A stretch of 64,000 nt of DNA from the human T2T-CHM13v2.0 reference genome, Homo sapiens (GCF_009914755.1 NC_060926.1); one strand, 5' to 3'. Counted from the stretch's first letter, positions 14,630 through 31,623 are shown. The notes: a model not told the origin generated them from the sequence alone. Numbers and translations are program-made.

Positions 14630-14875
14630 AATAATAACAATTATAATAGCTAACATTTAATTGAACATTTTTATATCCCAAGCACAGAGTGTTTTATTTG
14701 TATTATCTCATTTTTAATCCTCATAACTTCTCTGTGGTATCTGATATTTAGTATCCATGCTTTATAAATAGGGAAACTGAAGCTCAAAGAACTTAAATGA
14801 CTGACCCAAGGTCACACAGCTAGTGAGTGCCGAATCCAGGATACCAACTCAAGCATTCTGGATCCAGAGTTTACC
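14630..14875 (-). mobile_element. MIR
   Basis: GGGAAACTGAAGCTCAAAGA...CCCAAGGTCACACAGCTAGT core. Confidence 0.8.
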
Positions 14876-14879
14876 CTAA

Positions 14880-16090
14880 AGGCCGAAAGAGCCATGTGGG
14901 GACTTTAAGTATGGTGAGTAGGGTATAATTTAATCCAATGTGCATGTTAAGGGTAACTTCAGCTTAGTGTGAAGGAAGAAATTGAGGGTAGGGAATGGAA
15001 ATAGGCCTAAGGCATGGGGGACAGTTAGGTGTCTGTTGTGGTGAACCAGTGGAAAAATACCGAGTATCTGGATTAAGGCAGATGCAGGAGGGATAGAAAA
15101 AAAAATCGAGTTGAGAGGCAATGGGGATGTGTATTTGCTTGCCCTCAGTGCTGGCTGGCTGCCAACAGGCCTCCGTGGCGAGGGAAAAGGAGGAGCCTAG
15201 GATGATCTCCAGGTGTCTGGCCTGAGTAAGCGGGTATGAAGGGAATAGAGGATGAAGGGAAAATGTGGATGTGCTTATTGTAAGCCCCCAGTGGGACATT
15301 CAGAAGGACACATCTGGTAGGCAGCTCTGTGAGTCTGGAATGCAAGAGGGAGACTGGGCTGGAGATGCACATCTGGGCTCCACTGTCAGATGACATTGGC
15401 CGATGAGAAGAGCAGAGGCACAAGGAGGAGGCCATGGTGGTGGGTGAGGCTGGGTGGGGAGATGACACAAAGCTGGAGGCCTGCAGATTGTGTCCAGGCT
15501 GCAGATGTCTTCAGCTTGGTTGATGATATTAAAACAGGAAGAACCATAGTTGCCAACATTTAAAAAATTGGGGAAGTTTTTTATAAAAATAAAATTTGTT
15601 GGTGTTCTTGACAAACTAGGTGATCTGGCCACGTGATACCCACAGATAAGGGACAACAGTTGGCCAGTGCCCTCCTTCAGCAAGACCGGTGTTCCCTAGT
15701 AGTTACAGTGGCCAGGTGTCCTCCTCCTCTCATTTTGGGTCCCTGCCTTGCTCCTGCAGACATTTTATTAATATTTTGTGACCCCAGATTTAAGATTTGG
15801 GAAGAGGACACAGAGTTTCACAGAAAACTAAACATGAGTAGTCAGACAAGTGGGAGAGAACACAGCAAATGGTGTTAGTGAATTGCAGAAGCAGAGGAGG
15901 TCAGTAGGACAAATGCTATGGACAGATGCAGATATGCAGATTGGGAAGTGTCCTTTCGGTTTGGTCACCTGGAGATGCCCTTAGCAAAAACGCTTAAAAA
16001 TGGGGTATTAGGTCAAGAATTGTAGAATAAAAGGAAGGGTGAATGTAGAAAATAATTTCAAGAAGCTGTGTTACAGAGAGGAATTTGAGG
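14880..16090 (-). mobile_element. L2 remnants interrupted by a MER102-like hAT element (about 15460-15760)
   Basis: L2-like GGACACATCTGGTAGGCAGCT...GGGCTGGAGAT; MER102-like TTGCCAACATTTAAAAAATTGGGAAG. Confidence 0.55.
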
Positions 16091-16099
16091 TTGGGAGAC

Positions 16100-16126
16100 T
16101 GTGTGTGTGTGTGTGTGTGTGTGTGT
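16100..16126. repeat. (TG)n microsatellite
   Basis: About 13 TG units. Confidence 0.95.
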
Positions 16127-16934
16127 TTTAATGTGAGTGACTTGAGTATGTCTATATAAAGATGTATTTGACATAAAATAGTACTTTATTTGTCCTTGAC
16201 TTACATTTGATAAGAATTACAAAAGGTCTAGTCTTAGCTTTGATTGACAGATTATTCTAAAACTGGTGGTTTTTATGAAAACAAAGCCCTCCAGCTTATA
16301 GGATGGGATAAAGTGCTTTTTATACATCTATGCGAAGACAGCCCTGCCCCTTTAGATCTTTACTAGTGTTAAATGCATTTTTTACTAGTTTAATATGTAA
16401 GCAGCCATGCCTTAAGATGGGTAATTTTACATTTTAACAACTGTAGGTTAAGTCAAGCAGTGTTAATGTGGTGATTTGCCACGTACACTTACTCATGAGT
16501 GTGTGCATTGTCCATTTCCTTTTAGTATTAGCCAGGTGGAATCTGTATGATGATCTTATCAGCCAGCATCACTTCTATTACAATCTGGGTTAGTGTGCTT
16601 TTATTGATTTTATGCCACATCCCCAATTTTTCCATGTACTTTTTGGTATTTGTTTTATGATATAATTTGATCCAGCCAATAACTTGTAGGTGTATGTATA
16701 TTAGAACTTATCTATCTTGTCTTTAATAAAAACTCTCCTAATTAAGGAAAAACATGTACCTGCCATCTGCAGTGGTTGATAAATAAGCTACTTGTCTTCT
16801 GTGGTGACCACCATTTCAAAAGCACGTTTGTTGTGATTTTTCTTTTTTCCCAGTTAATGCAGTGGGCAAGAGAGACTTTAAAATTTCATACAGAATGGAA
16901 GCAGCCAGTAGCTAAGCTATTGGCAAATGTCAAC

Positions 16935-17187
16935 CAACTCATTAATTCATTAATTCAGCAAATAAATTGTTAAGAATTTACCATGTGTCACATGAAGTTC
17001 TAGGGACTGGAATGCAGTGATATGTAAGACAGACACAAATCCCTGCACTCAGGGAGCTCATATTGGAGTGGAGAAGCAAACAGTAAATAAGACAATGAAA
17101 TTAAAAAGTATATGTCTAAGTATATTTTTGAGAGTGATAAATGCTGTGGATTAAAAATAAAGCAAGGAAGGGGGTTGAAGTTTTAGG
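16935..17187 (-). mobile_element. L2 3' end (continues at about 23379-23720 beyond the L1PA4)
   Basis: CATTAATTCATTAATTCAGCAAATAAATT tail; L2 sequence resumes directly after the right TSD. Confidence 0.75.
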
Positions 17188-17425
17188 GGGTTATTGACAT
17201 TTTATTTTATTTTATTTTTTATTATACTTTAAGTTCTAGGGTACATGTGCACAGTGTGCAGGTTTGTTACATATGTATACATGTGCCATGTTGGTGTGCT
17301 GCACCTATTAACTTGTCATTTAACATTAGGTATATCTCCTAATGCTTTCCTTCCCCCTTCCCCCCACCCCACAACAGGCCCCAGTGTGTGATGTTCCCCT
17401 TCCTATGTCCAAGTGTTCTCATTGT

Positions 17426-21266
<3,841 letters not shown>

Positions 21267-21314
21267 TTATTTTGCTCGTTAGTTGATGCAGTTTATTCCT
21301 AGCATCGATGATCT

Positions 21315-22331
21315 TTACAATTTGTCATGTTTTTGCAGTGGCTGGTACTGGTTGTTCCTTTCCATGTTTAGTGCTTCCTTCAGGAGCTCTTGTAAGGCAG
21401 GCCTGGTGGTGACAAAATCTCTCAGCATTTGCTTGTCTGTAAAGGATTTTATTTCTCCTTCGCTTATGAAGCTTAGTTTGGCTGGATATGAAATTCTGGG
21501 TTGAAAATTCTTTTCTTTAAGAATGTTGAATATTGGCCCCCACTCTCTTCTGGGTTGTAGAGTTTCTGCTAAGAGATCCGCTGTTAGTCTGATGGGTTTC
21601 CCTTTGTGGGCAACCCGACCTTTCTCTCTGGCTGCCCTTAACATTTTTTCCTTCATTTCAACTTTGGTGAATCTGACAATTGTGTGTCTTGGAGTTGCTC
21701 TTCTCGAGGAGTATCTTTGTGGCATTCTCTGTATTTCCTGAATTTGAATGTTGGCCTACCTTTCTGGGTTGGGGATGTTCTCCTGGATAATATCCTGCAG
21801 AGTGTTTTCGAACTTGGTTCCATTCTCCCCGTCACTTTTAGGTACACCAATCAGACGTAGATTTGGTCTTTTCACATAGTCCCATATTTCTTGGAGGCTT
21901 TGTTCATTTCTCTTTACTCTTTTTTCTCTAAACTTCTCTTCTCACTTCATTTCATTCATTTAATCTTCAATCACTGATACCCTTTCTTCCAGTTGATTGA
22001 ATCGGCTACTGAAGCTTGTGCATTCGTCATGTAGTTCTCGTGCCATGGTTTTCAGCTCCGTCAGGTCATTTAAGGACTTCTCTACCCTGATTATTCTCGT
22101 TAGCCATTCTTCTAATCTTTTTTCAAGGTTTTTAGCTTCTTTGCCATGGGTTCGAACTTCCTCCTTTAGCTCGGAGAAGTTTGATCGTCTGAAGCCTTCT
22201 TTTCTCAACTCGTCAAAGACATTCTCCATCCAGCTTTGTTCCGTTGCTGGCGTGGAGCTGCATCCCTGTGGAGGGGGAGAGGTACTCTGATTTTTAGAAT
22301 TTTCAGTTTTTCTGCTCTGTTTTTTCCCCAT
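21315..22331 (-). pseudogene. L1 ORF1, disrupted
   Basis: MGKKQSRK...VIED* (premature stop) plus a C-terminal fragment containing RREWG and YPAKLS. Confidence 0.95.
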
Positions 22332-22904
22332 CTTTGTGGTTTTATCTACCTTTGGTCTTTGATAATGGTGACGTACAGATGGGGTTTTGGTGTGGATGTC
22401 CTTTCTGTTTGTTAGTTTTCCGTCTAGCAGTCAGGACCCTCAGCTGCAGGTCTGTTGGAGTTTGCTAGAGGTCCACTCCAGACCCTATTTGCCTGGGTAT
22501 CAGCCGTGGAGGCTGCAGAACAGCGAATATTGCTGAACAGCAAATGTTGCTGCCTGATCGTTCCTCTGGAAGCTTTGTCTCAGAGGGGTACCCGGCCGTG
22601 TGAAGTGTCAGTCTGCCCCTACTGGGGGGTGCCTCCCAGATAGGCTGCTCGGGGGTCAGGGACTCACTTGAGGAGGCAGTCTGTCCATTCTCAGATCTCA
22701 AACTCTGTACTGGGAGAACCACTACTCTCTTCAAAGCTGTCAGACAGGGACATTTAAGTCTGCAGAGGTTTCTGCTGCCTTTTGTTTGGCTATGCCCGCC
22801 CCAGAGGTGGAGTCTACAGAGGCAGGCAGGCCTCCTTGAGCTGCAGTGGGCTCCACCCAGTTCGAGCTTCTGGGCTGCTTTGTTTACCTACTCAAGCCTC
22901 AGCA

Positions 22905-22979
22905 ATGGCGGGCGCCCCTCCCCCAGCCTCGCTGCCACCTTGCAGTTCTATCTCAGACTGCTGTGCTAGCAATGAGTGA
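22905..22979 (+). pseudogene. L1 ORF0 (antisense ORF), truncated to 24 aa
   Basis: MAGAPPPASLPPCSSISDCCASNE* matches the ORF0 N-terminus; TGA sits at a position that is normally CGA. Confidence 0.85.
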
Positions 22980-23724
22980 GGCTCCGTGGGCGTGGGACCC
23001 TCCAAGCCATGCATGGGATATAATCTCCTGGTGTGCTGTTTGCTAAGACCGTTGGAAAAGTGCGGTATTAGGGTGGGAGTGACCTGATTTTCCAGGTGCC
23101 ATCTGTCACCCCTTACCTTAGCTAGGAAAGGGAATTCCCTGACCCTTTGTTCTTCCCAGGTGAGGCAATGCCTTGCCCTGCTTCGGCTCACACTCGGTAG
23201 GCTGCACCCACTGTCCTGCCCCCACTGTCTGACGAGCCCCAGTGAGATGAACCCGGTACCTCAGTTGGAGATGCAGAAATCACTCGTCTTCTGCGTTGCT
23301 CATGCTGGGAGCTGTAGACCGGAGCTGTTCCTATTCAGCCATCTTGGAACTGCCCCACCTCGGGTTATTGACATTTTAGATAGGCTAACTGAGGATGTTC
23401 TTGTTGAGAAGATATCATTTGAGTGAAGACTTGAGGGAAGTGAGAGGGCAAGCCATGCAGAAGAAAGAGCATTCCAGGCAGAGGGTTCAGCCACTGCAGA
23501 GGCCCTGAATTAGGATATGGCTCACTTGGCATGATAAGCATTAGCAAGGAGACCAGGATGACAGATGGGAATGATAGAGGGTGAGAGGAGTAGGAGGTAA
23601 GATCAGACAAATGAAGTTAGGGGAGGGTGGATGGTGGGCACTTTGACTCTGAGTAGGATGGAAGCCACTGGAGGGTTGAACATAGGAGGGACATGATGTG
23701 ATGCACATTTTAACAGGATCTCTA

Positions 23725-24220
23725 GCTAAAGGATTCTTAATCCTTCCTTTTGCCATGAACCCCTTTGGGAGTCTGAGAAACCCTATGGACCCCTTTTCAG
23801 AATAGCGTGTTTAAACACAAAAGATGAAACCTACAGGATGTAAAGGAATCCAGTTATGTTGAAATGCAATTACCAAAATAGTAAAAGCAATTTATGAGTT
23901 AGCAATATATTTGCTTATTAATTCTTTAAATAAAATCTAGCAGTAGGTCTATAACTACTGTGATTCCAAAGTAATAATGAGTATAAATGATATTTTGAGA
24001 TCTCTTCAGTAACTCTGATAGGATATGAAGCTATTCATACTTCTATTGGTGTGAAGTCATTGGCACTGCTAATACACACTACCCTGGGCCAATGCCTGCA
24101 TTTTTAATGGAAGGAATTGCTAAAATTTTAGTTAGAGATTGGTGAAAATAAATATTTTTTTCTGTCTAAATTCAAGGACCTCCTGAATTTCAACACAGAC
24201 CCCCTACTCTAACTCTTAGG
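23725..24220. mobile_element. hAT-Charlie DNA transposon (Charlie4/MER80-like)
   Basis: GGATTCTTAATCCTT...GCCATGAACCCCTTTGGGAGTCTG...CCTATGGACCCCTTTTCAGAAT terminus. Confidence 0.7.
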
Positions 24221-25229
24221 TGAACAGTTTAAATGGAATACAAAAGAGGAGAGGGATGAAGTAATGAAATGTTGCTGTTTCTGTTGTTGTCAGCATATCA
24301 GTTGGCACTACTGGAATTCACTGCTTGCCATTTCAGATCACTGGGATTCTTGGTGGATTGGCACACCCAGTGGAAGTGTCTACTTTTTTTTTTTTTAAAT
24401 GTTCTAGGAAGAGCAGTAACTCCAAGAGGTCTTTATAGTCTCTGATTGGTTCCTTGTGGCTAAATCTTTCAGGAGGCCCGAGGTGTGGTCCTTTTGTAGC
24501 CGCAGATTCTCTGTGTGGCCACAGGCAATCAATCCATTCTCCTCTCCCATAGACATCTCTTACTTTGGTATTCCTAATTCACAAAGATGTGGATAGTACA
24601 GGCAGAATTCTTCATATTTTAAAAGAAATAATCTGTATAAATAGCTCTAGGTCATAGGCTACTTCCTATAGCCCAAGTCTACCATTTTCTGCTCTCTGTC
24701 CATACCACGAGCTTTCCTGCCACCATGCTTTTGTATGTGTTCTTTTCTCTCCTTGGAGAAGAGCCTTCTTACCCTTACCTGGCTCCTTTACTTGTTCATA
24801 CCTGACTCGCTCTTCAAGGATTATCTCCAAATACTACCTATTCATGTAGCTGTCCCCGCTTCCTTATCTCGAGGGACTCTACCTCTTCTGAACTTCCTCA
24901 ATACCGTCTCTGTACCTTTTCCCATGCCTGACATACTACTGGACCTTGTATTGCCGTTATTTATTTACCCATTTACCCTCCTTTTTGTTCTTCTCAGCTC
25001 CTGTAAGCTTTGAGGGCAAGATCCATGTTATCTTTTGTCCTTGGTAGTTCCCAGGATACTGCCTGTCATAAAGCAGCCATGAATGAATAGCAGCAGCTCA
25101 GGATAGTGGAGGGCTTTGGCTGGGGGCTGGGGATCCTTTCTCATGTGAATCTATAAGTTCATTTGATATCTATCTCATTCCCCTTTTCCTCTGCCCAGAT
25201 GCTGACTGGAGCTGCTTATGACCTTTTAT

Positions 25230-26030
25230 TTTTCTATGTAGAAATAACTATTTTCATAAATATTTTATAATACCTATTTATTTAAAGTAAGAAATGTACA
25301 CAATGTTGAGATGTAGAGAGTAGAAAGCAAAATCACTCCAAATTCCATTATCCAGAGACAATGAATTTAACATTTTGGTATATATTCTCATTTACTCTAA
25401 AAAGACATATTTTACAAAGATAGGATCATGCTATATATTGCATCATAATTATTTCTCTTTTGTACTTAGCATATTGTGACTTTTTAATGGTTTTACATGC
25501 AGTAGAGCTGTAGTAGCTAAGAGAATGGCTTTGAAGAATTATTGTTTGGATTCGAATCATGGAGTTGTCACTTAATAGCTGTTGACTCCCTAAAATCAGT
25601 TAACTTCTCTATTTACCAGTTTCTCCATCTGCAAAACGAATGCAATAAAAACACCACTTGTCTGAGTGCTGCAAGGATTAAATGGATTTAGACATGTAAA
25701 AAGCACAGGGCCAGACTTAGTATAAGGAAGCTGTAACTTCTGTAACTTTTATTATTTCAGCATTTTTAATGGCTACAGAGTATTCATTGCATGGCTACCC
25801 CCAGTCTATTTAATCATTCCTCTATTGATGGACGTGCAGGCTGTCTTTGACATTTCACTCTTACAAATAATGATGCAGTGAACAACCTTGTACATGCATC
25901 TTTCAACGCTTGTCTGATTTATTTCTTCAGGACACATGCCAAAATGTGAAACCCTGGGATTTTGTGATACACATTGCTATGATGTCCTCCAGAAAGGTTT
26001 CTTTAAGAAGTTTTCACTGCTATCATTGTA
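25230..26030. mobile_element. Old L1ME-type fragments with a nested MIR (about 25500-25740)
   Basis: L1M 3'-like TTTTTAATGGCTACAGAGTATTCATTG and MIR core TTTCTCCATCTGCAAAA. Confidence 0.6.
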
Positions 26031-27499
26031 TGATACTTTCCTGCTCACTCCAAAGCTGCTTGCTTTCAGTTCCTCTTTATCGGCCTGTGTTAGTGCAGTT
26101 GTTTGATGCATTCAAATGGGACAGCCCTAGCCTCTGTCTCCAGCTAGCCATGCGGTAGGGAGATGACTACAAGGTGGATGGAGCCAGTGCAGTTCCTTTC
26201 TGTGGCCAGGAGCAGTTGTATGGACCACTCAGAGTGACCCTAGAGCCCTGTCAACACTCAGTGACTGTGTTGTACTTCCTTCTATGAGGTGCACACCCTT
26301 CCGCAGGGAAGCGCCTGGTCTGCCTGTCTCTCCTTTCCTTTCTCTAGATTTTCTTGCCAAGGCAACACAGCTGCGTCCCTGCTGCCTCCCCTCCATTCCC
26401 CAGGGGGAGGTTGTCTAGAAACATAGAGCAGGAGGAAAGGAAGGTGGTATTTAGTTACCCATGCATCAAGTCTTGGGATTCCTGCAGTTGGTATGGCATT
26501 TACTCACTCTGAATGACCAAGAAAAATATAATTTATACTAACCTTTCAAAAATAATTTAGAGACTTTGCTTTAGAAAGCACTTACTGGTTTGTCCCTGAA
26601 TATATTAGACCCTGAGAAGTTTTCATTTTCTTTTAGGGACAGATTTTTAAAAATCATGTTAATTCAAGGATTTGCCATATTAACTTAAGGTACTTCTTGA
26701 AATTTGACAGTTAAATTTGGACAGAGTTAGTAGTGGAGGGATATTCTTAGTCATGCCCTGTCTGAATCAACTGGAAGATGTTTGATTCTGATTGCTTTGG
26801 ATTATAGGATTTAAATATCAGTACATTTTTTTTCTAGCACACTAAATCCAATTATGGCAGTATGATTATGATATTTTAATTTTATTTAAGCAAAACACTG
26901 GGTGACAGTTTTCAATAGTTAAGCCAGATAGAGGTAGGGTTGGATTTCACCTTTTGTTATTATTCATATAATTTTATTGCTCTCAGATTTTATTAAAAGT
27001 AGGTCTGTCGTTGATGTATGGTAGCAAGACTACAAAACTGACATGAATTTGCATTTTTTCCAGGGACACCAATTAGTCTCCACAAGGTTGGAACTTCGGT
27101 CAGGAGTGGGCGTATTCAGCAGGCTGAATAGCCTACCTGCAGAAAGCTGCAGCAGGCTATAGATCTGAAACTAGATTAGTGCATATGCACAGTATATCAT
27201 TCTGGCACTAAAATGTTAGAAAACTTAAGACAGACTCACTAACCTTTAGACTCAAATTGCATGAAGCATGGTTTGAGTTTCCACAAAAGGTTAAACTTGC
27301 TTTTATCTTTCTTCATTTTTAAAGTTTTGGTTGTATGACACTGTAAATGCCATGACTGAATTCTAAAAGAACAAGTGTTGGGAGGGTATCCCCAGCCCCT
27401 GTCAGCAGATGAAGTATTAGTACAATTTGTCATTCCCAGTCTTCTGACCTTCCAGCTCCCAAACAGGTGCCTGAGGTTCTTTTCCTGTACTTATAGAGC

Positions 27500-27725
27500 A
27501 TTGGTTCTTAAGTGGGGATGATTTTGATCTCCAAGGGATATTGGCAGTATCTGGAGACATTTTTGGTTGTCACAGTATTGTGATGGGTGGGTGGTGTACA
27601 AGTGGCATCTAGTAGATGAAGGCTAGGGGTGCTGCTAAACACTCTACAGTGAATGGGACAGCCTCCACAAGAAAGAATTACCTGACCCCACAATGTCAAT
27701 AGTGCCGAGGCTGAGACATCTTGCC
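27500..27725. mobile_element. MER20 (hAT DNA transposon)
   Basis: TCTGGAGACATTTTTGGTTGTCAC...GCTGCTAAACA...AATGTCAATAGTGCCGAGG. Confidence 0.88.
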
Positions 27726-29269
27726 GTAGAAGTTTTCAAGGTTAGGATATCTCCAGATAAGCTAGCTGCTGCCAGGAGGGTACTCACAGGTCCCATTTCC
27801 CAGGTAAGATTATCACAGGTTGGGTCGGAGTCAGCTATCTCTTAGCCTTGCAACTACAGAATTTCACCTCAGGTGTCCCAGAGCTGATCAAACTGTAGGA
27901 GGTTGACTTGCATTGAAACTCACAGGAAATTGCATAAATACACCTCTTCCTGTCTTACTAAGTTCCATTACAGTCATAGACAGAACTAGCAGACAGAGTA
28001 GACACTTGTGTTGGCCGCATAGCTCGTTTGCTCCTCATAGCAAGGTGTGTGGGAACCCAGATCAGCAGGAGGCACCTCAGGGAGCCTGGAGTCAGAACAA
28101 AGGGAAGTCTTTGGGGATTATACAGATACCTGAAACTCCGAGGTCTTGACATTCAAAACCCCACTCTTGAGATGTCCCACCATTTGGGTTGGACATGCTG
28201 AGTCTTCAGGATAAGACTCTTCTGTTTTCACCACTGCTGGGATTGGTCGTGGGAACCAGCCTCAGTCTTTCACACTTTCCTTCTCTGCTGCTACTACTTA
28301 CCAGCTGCCTTTCATTATCCACATTTATTCTTTTCATTAATTTACTCTTTAGTCTTGTTGGTTCAGGGAAGAGGAATTGGTTCAAAAAATGTGTCATGCA
28401 CTACCCTGTGACAGCGATAATTAATATGAAGATTGATATTAGGACACTGTCCCTAACTGGAGGCTTTCTCAGTCTAGAGGGTGGCACTGATGTGACAACA
28501 TTTCAGAAGATTGTGGGCAGGACAGTGATGGGGCCACACAGGATTCTGTGCAAGCACAGAGGACACAGACCTACGGTGCACTGTCACTTGGAGTGTCTGC
28601 TTTGATCTATCAGGCACTGATTTTGTAGTTTTTGGAGGGCAACCTTACTCCTATGATTCTGAGACCTGGGAGAATGGTGCAGGGAGTCATTCTCACTCAT
28701 GTGGACTGTCTGCTGTCCATTTGCTTTTCCTTGGGTTCTGTTCCAAGATTGGGTGTCAGGAGTCTGGAAGATGAAAGAGTCCAATATGCCACTTAGTCAT
28801 TACCTTTTCCCTCTCAATAATGGAGGCAGTCATTTGTTCACTTTTGAATGCTGTAGTCAACCCACCAGGAAATGCAGCCAGCCTGGAGGGAAGTAAAAGG
28901 ATGATGCAGAGAGTTTTGTGAAGAAAGGAGGGAATTCTGCAGAGGGTGGCAATATTTGAGTGAGCTTGATGTGTTTTCCAGGATTGGGCTGAATCACTCA
29001 GCAAAGTCAGAAACCTGTTAAGTGCTAAGTCACAAACAATGCTCTCTTCTTTTGAACAGGCCAACACTGATCGGGCTGGTAGGAACATAGAGAAATGGAA
29101 ACACTGGATGGGATTGTTAGGCAGGAATGGGAGAATGGGAGGATATGTTGAATGGACACATTTTTCTTCCCCAAAGCCTACTGGCTTGGGTCATGTTCTG
29201 CTCACTCCCCCCAATCCCTGCTTGACCTTCCCCAACAACTAAGAGGGATCTTGATTTTCCACACTAATT

Positions 29270-29480
29270 GAACTCAGGCAGATCTACCTGAGTTTAACTC
29301 CTGGCTGTGGTGCACCTTAGGTGTAGGACTTTGGACAAATCACTTCTCTGAGCCTCAATGTCCCCCATATAAAATGGGGATAATACCACTTATAATGGCT
29401 GAGGGCAGAGGAGATGTGTATAAAAATCCTAAAAAGGTGCTTAGCTTCTTGTGGGTCTCAGAAGATGCTAGTTATAATTT
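29270..29480 (+). mobile_element. MIR
   Basis: CTTCTCTGAGCCTCAATGTCCCCATATAAAATGGGGATAATA. Confidence 0.7.
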
Positions 29481-30088
29481 TATGTTGAGAAGTCACACTT
29501 AGAATGTGAATGCTCTTAGAGAGGTGCTAATTTACATAAATTCATAACAAGAGATATTGTCTGGTATTACATCTTGTCTGAAAATCCAGTTTTTTTGGAT
29601 AGGAATCATGGTGATGGAAAATGGGGCAAGGCACAGGAATTCTGAGTTTTGTGGGGAGGGAGAGAGAAAGGGACAGCCTGGGATGTCATTTATTCATTAG
29701 ACATAGACTAAAGGCCCATTACATACCAGTGCTATAAAAAGGATACACTTGGCTAACCTCTCAGTCTGTCTGTGGACCAGCCCTGACCTTTCTGTGGTAA
29801 GCCAGTGCAATGAACTTTAGGCGGTGCTTGGGGATACTTAGAAATGCTGCATAGCCTAAATATTTGGTTATTTTTTCTTTAGTAATTAATATAGTGATTT
29901 ATTAATTACCTCTCAGCCAGATTAATCCTACCTTCCCTTAAAGTGTGCTACAGTTGGAAAGGCATCTGATAGGGAAAGGAAAACTATGTGTGTGCTATAT
30001 CCTTTTACCAAGGTGCAGCAGCAGTTCTGTGTTTCATTGGAATGCAGAGAACTGAGGCTGACCCAAGGACATGCCACTGAGAGGCCAT

Positions 30089-30164
30089 GAAGGAGGAAGA
30101 GGGAGAAAGAAGGAGGAGGAGGAAGGGGAGGAGGAGGAAAGCATGGAGGAGGAAGGAGGAGGAG
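30089..30164. repeat. GGA-rich low-complexity tract
   Basis: Imperfect (GGA)n. Confidence 0.85.
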
Positions 30165-31431
30165 TTTAGCACCTGAATTGATTTTACTTACCCTGTTGAG
30201 ATTTCTCTACCTCCTCTGCTAAGTGTTCCATCTTATAAGTTCAGTTTGGGTGGAGCTGCATTTGGCTTCTGGATATTTCTTCAGTATAATCTCTGTTGGA
30301 GGTGGGAATTTACCCCTCTGCAAAGTCCAAATGTGCTGAAGGATTGCTCTGCTGTTGCTGGGACAACTTGGAAACTGTGTTCCTGCTTCATTCCCCCTCC
30401 ATTGCCCCTTGATGTTGTTAAGATGCTATTCACTTGTTTATTTGGTTTTGGGCCTGAGAGCTCTTGAGGGACTGGGGGCAGGCACTGCATCTGGTTTATA
30501 ATCCCAGTGCCTAAGATAATGCCCAGCAGATCATAAACCACAGTGAATGTTTGTTTAATCACTGGCCTAGCCAGAGGCACTTTTTTTTTTTTTTATCAGA
30601 ATCAATATTTTCTTCTTCTTCTTTTTTTTCCCTCCCCCTTTTGGACCTGGTGTGGATTGAAAAACATGAAAATCAATGGATGGATGCTTAGAAGCTAGTA
30701 CCAATGTATGGGAATGCATCAGCATGAGGCAAGGCTTACCTGGGTGGAAACTGGATTTTTTTTGCCTTTTAAAATTTATTCAGAGAGAGAAACTGAAATT
30801 TGGCTTTTTATTTGTTGTGACAGAAACTTAAAACATCCCCCCAACACACACTTCATATACATAACCACACACATAAACTGTGATTGCACCTGTGTCATTT
30901 CTGATCTGTGAAATATAATAATGGGCAAATAAAGCAAAATTGAATTTGGCCAGCCTTTGAAATCTATTGATTTCAAATTAGAGCAGCAGTGTTAATTCTA
31001 TTATAGCAGTAATACCCAGAAGTTAGATTTTGAAATGGATTAGAATGCGTTCATTTAGAAGCTTATAAGTATATCTCGATGAATTAGCTGGGAGAATAAC
31101 ACTTCTATAAGAAACCATGTGGGAGTAGGTAACTGCAGCCCTAATTCTAGTGCCTGGTTTTATCTTTAGATGTTTTAGTGGCCTCTGTCAGTAGAGGAAT
31201 CCTAAGACTTTCACTACTGTTGAGTTCTGAGGATCCTTAAACCTAGCACATGTCCAATGGCAGTGATGGTTCCACAGGGGGAAGAGACCACCCCCCACTT
31301 GCTGAGAATTAGGTGGGGCTTTCAGATTTGAGTCTCATCAGCAAAGTGCCCAGAGTGTTGATCCTGAGGTAGAATGTCTTGGGTGTATTTCTTCCTTGCA
31401 GTTACAGCTTGGCTGATGGTTTTTTCTGCAG

Positions 31432-31623
31432 GTGAGAGTGATTTTCCAGTGATTGCTTTGGCCTGTACAACCAGAGAACAGGATTCTTCCCTTCTTTTTG
31501 GCCACCAAATGCCTATGTGCACCACACATTCCAGTGTGCTGAGAAGGGCAGAGCTTCTTGGATGATGATGGACGTCCCACCGGGCAGGATGAAGGCAGAG
31601 CGTGTGGCATCTCCACCTCAAGG
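31432..31623 (+). other. KCNS3: KCNS3 non-coding 5'UTR exon (192 nt)
   Basis: Acceptor TTTTTTCTGCAG| at 31431 with branch-like CTGAT at 31413-31417, and strong donor AGG|GTAAGA at 31624. Unique sequence that matches my recollection of the KCNS3 mRNA leader. Confidence 0.88.
31509..31565 (+). promoter_or_regulatory. uORF1 in KCNS3 5'UTR (MPMCTTHSSVLRRAELLG*, 18 aa)
   Basis: ATG at 31509 (weak context, C at -3) to TGA at 31563-31565, entirely within the non-coding exon. Confidence 0.7.

Noticed and set aside
28189-28605. 138-aa hydrophobic ORF
   Set aside because: Non-ATG track start, T-rich intronic sequence, no homology or convincing splice structure.
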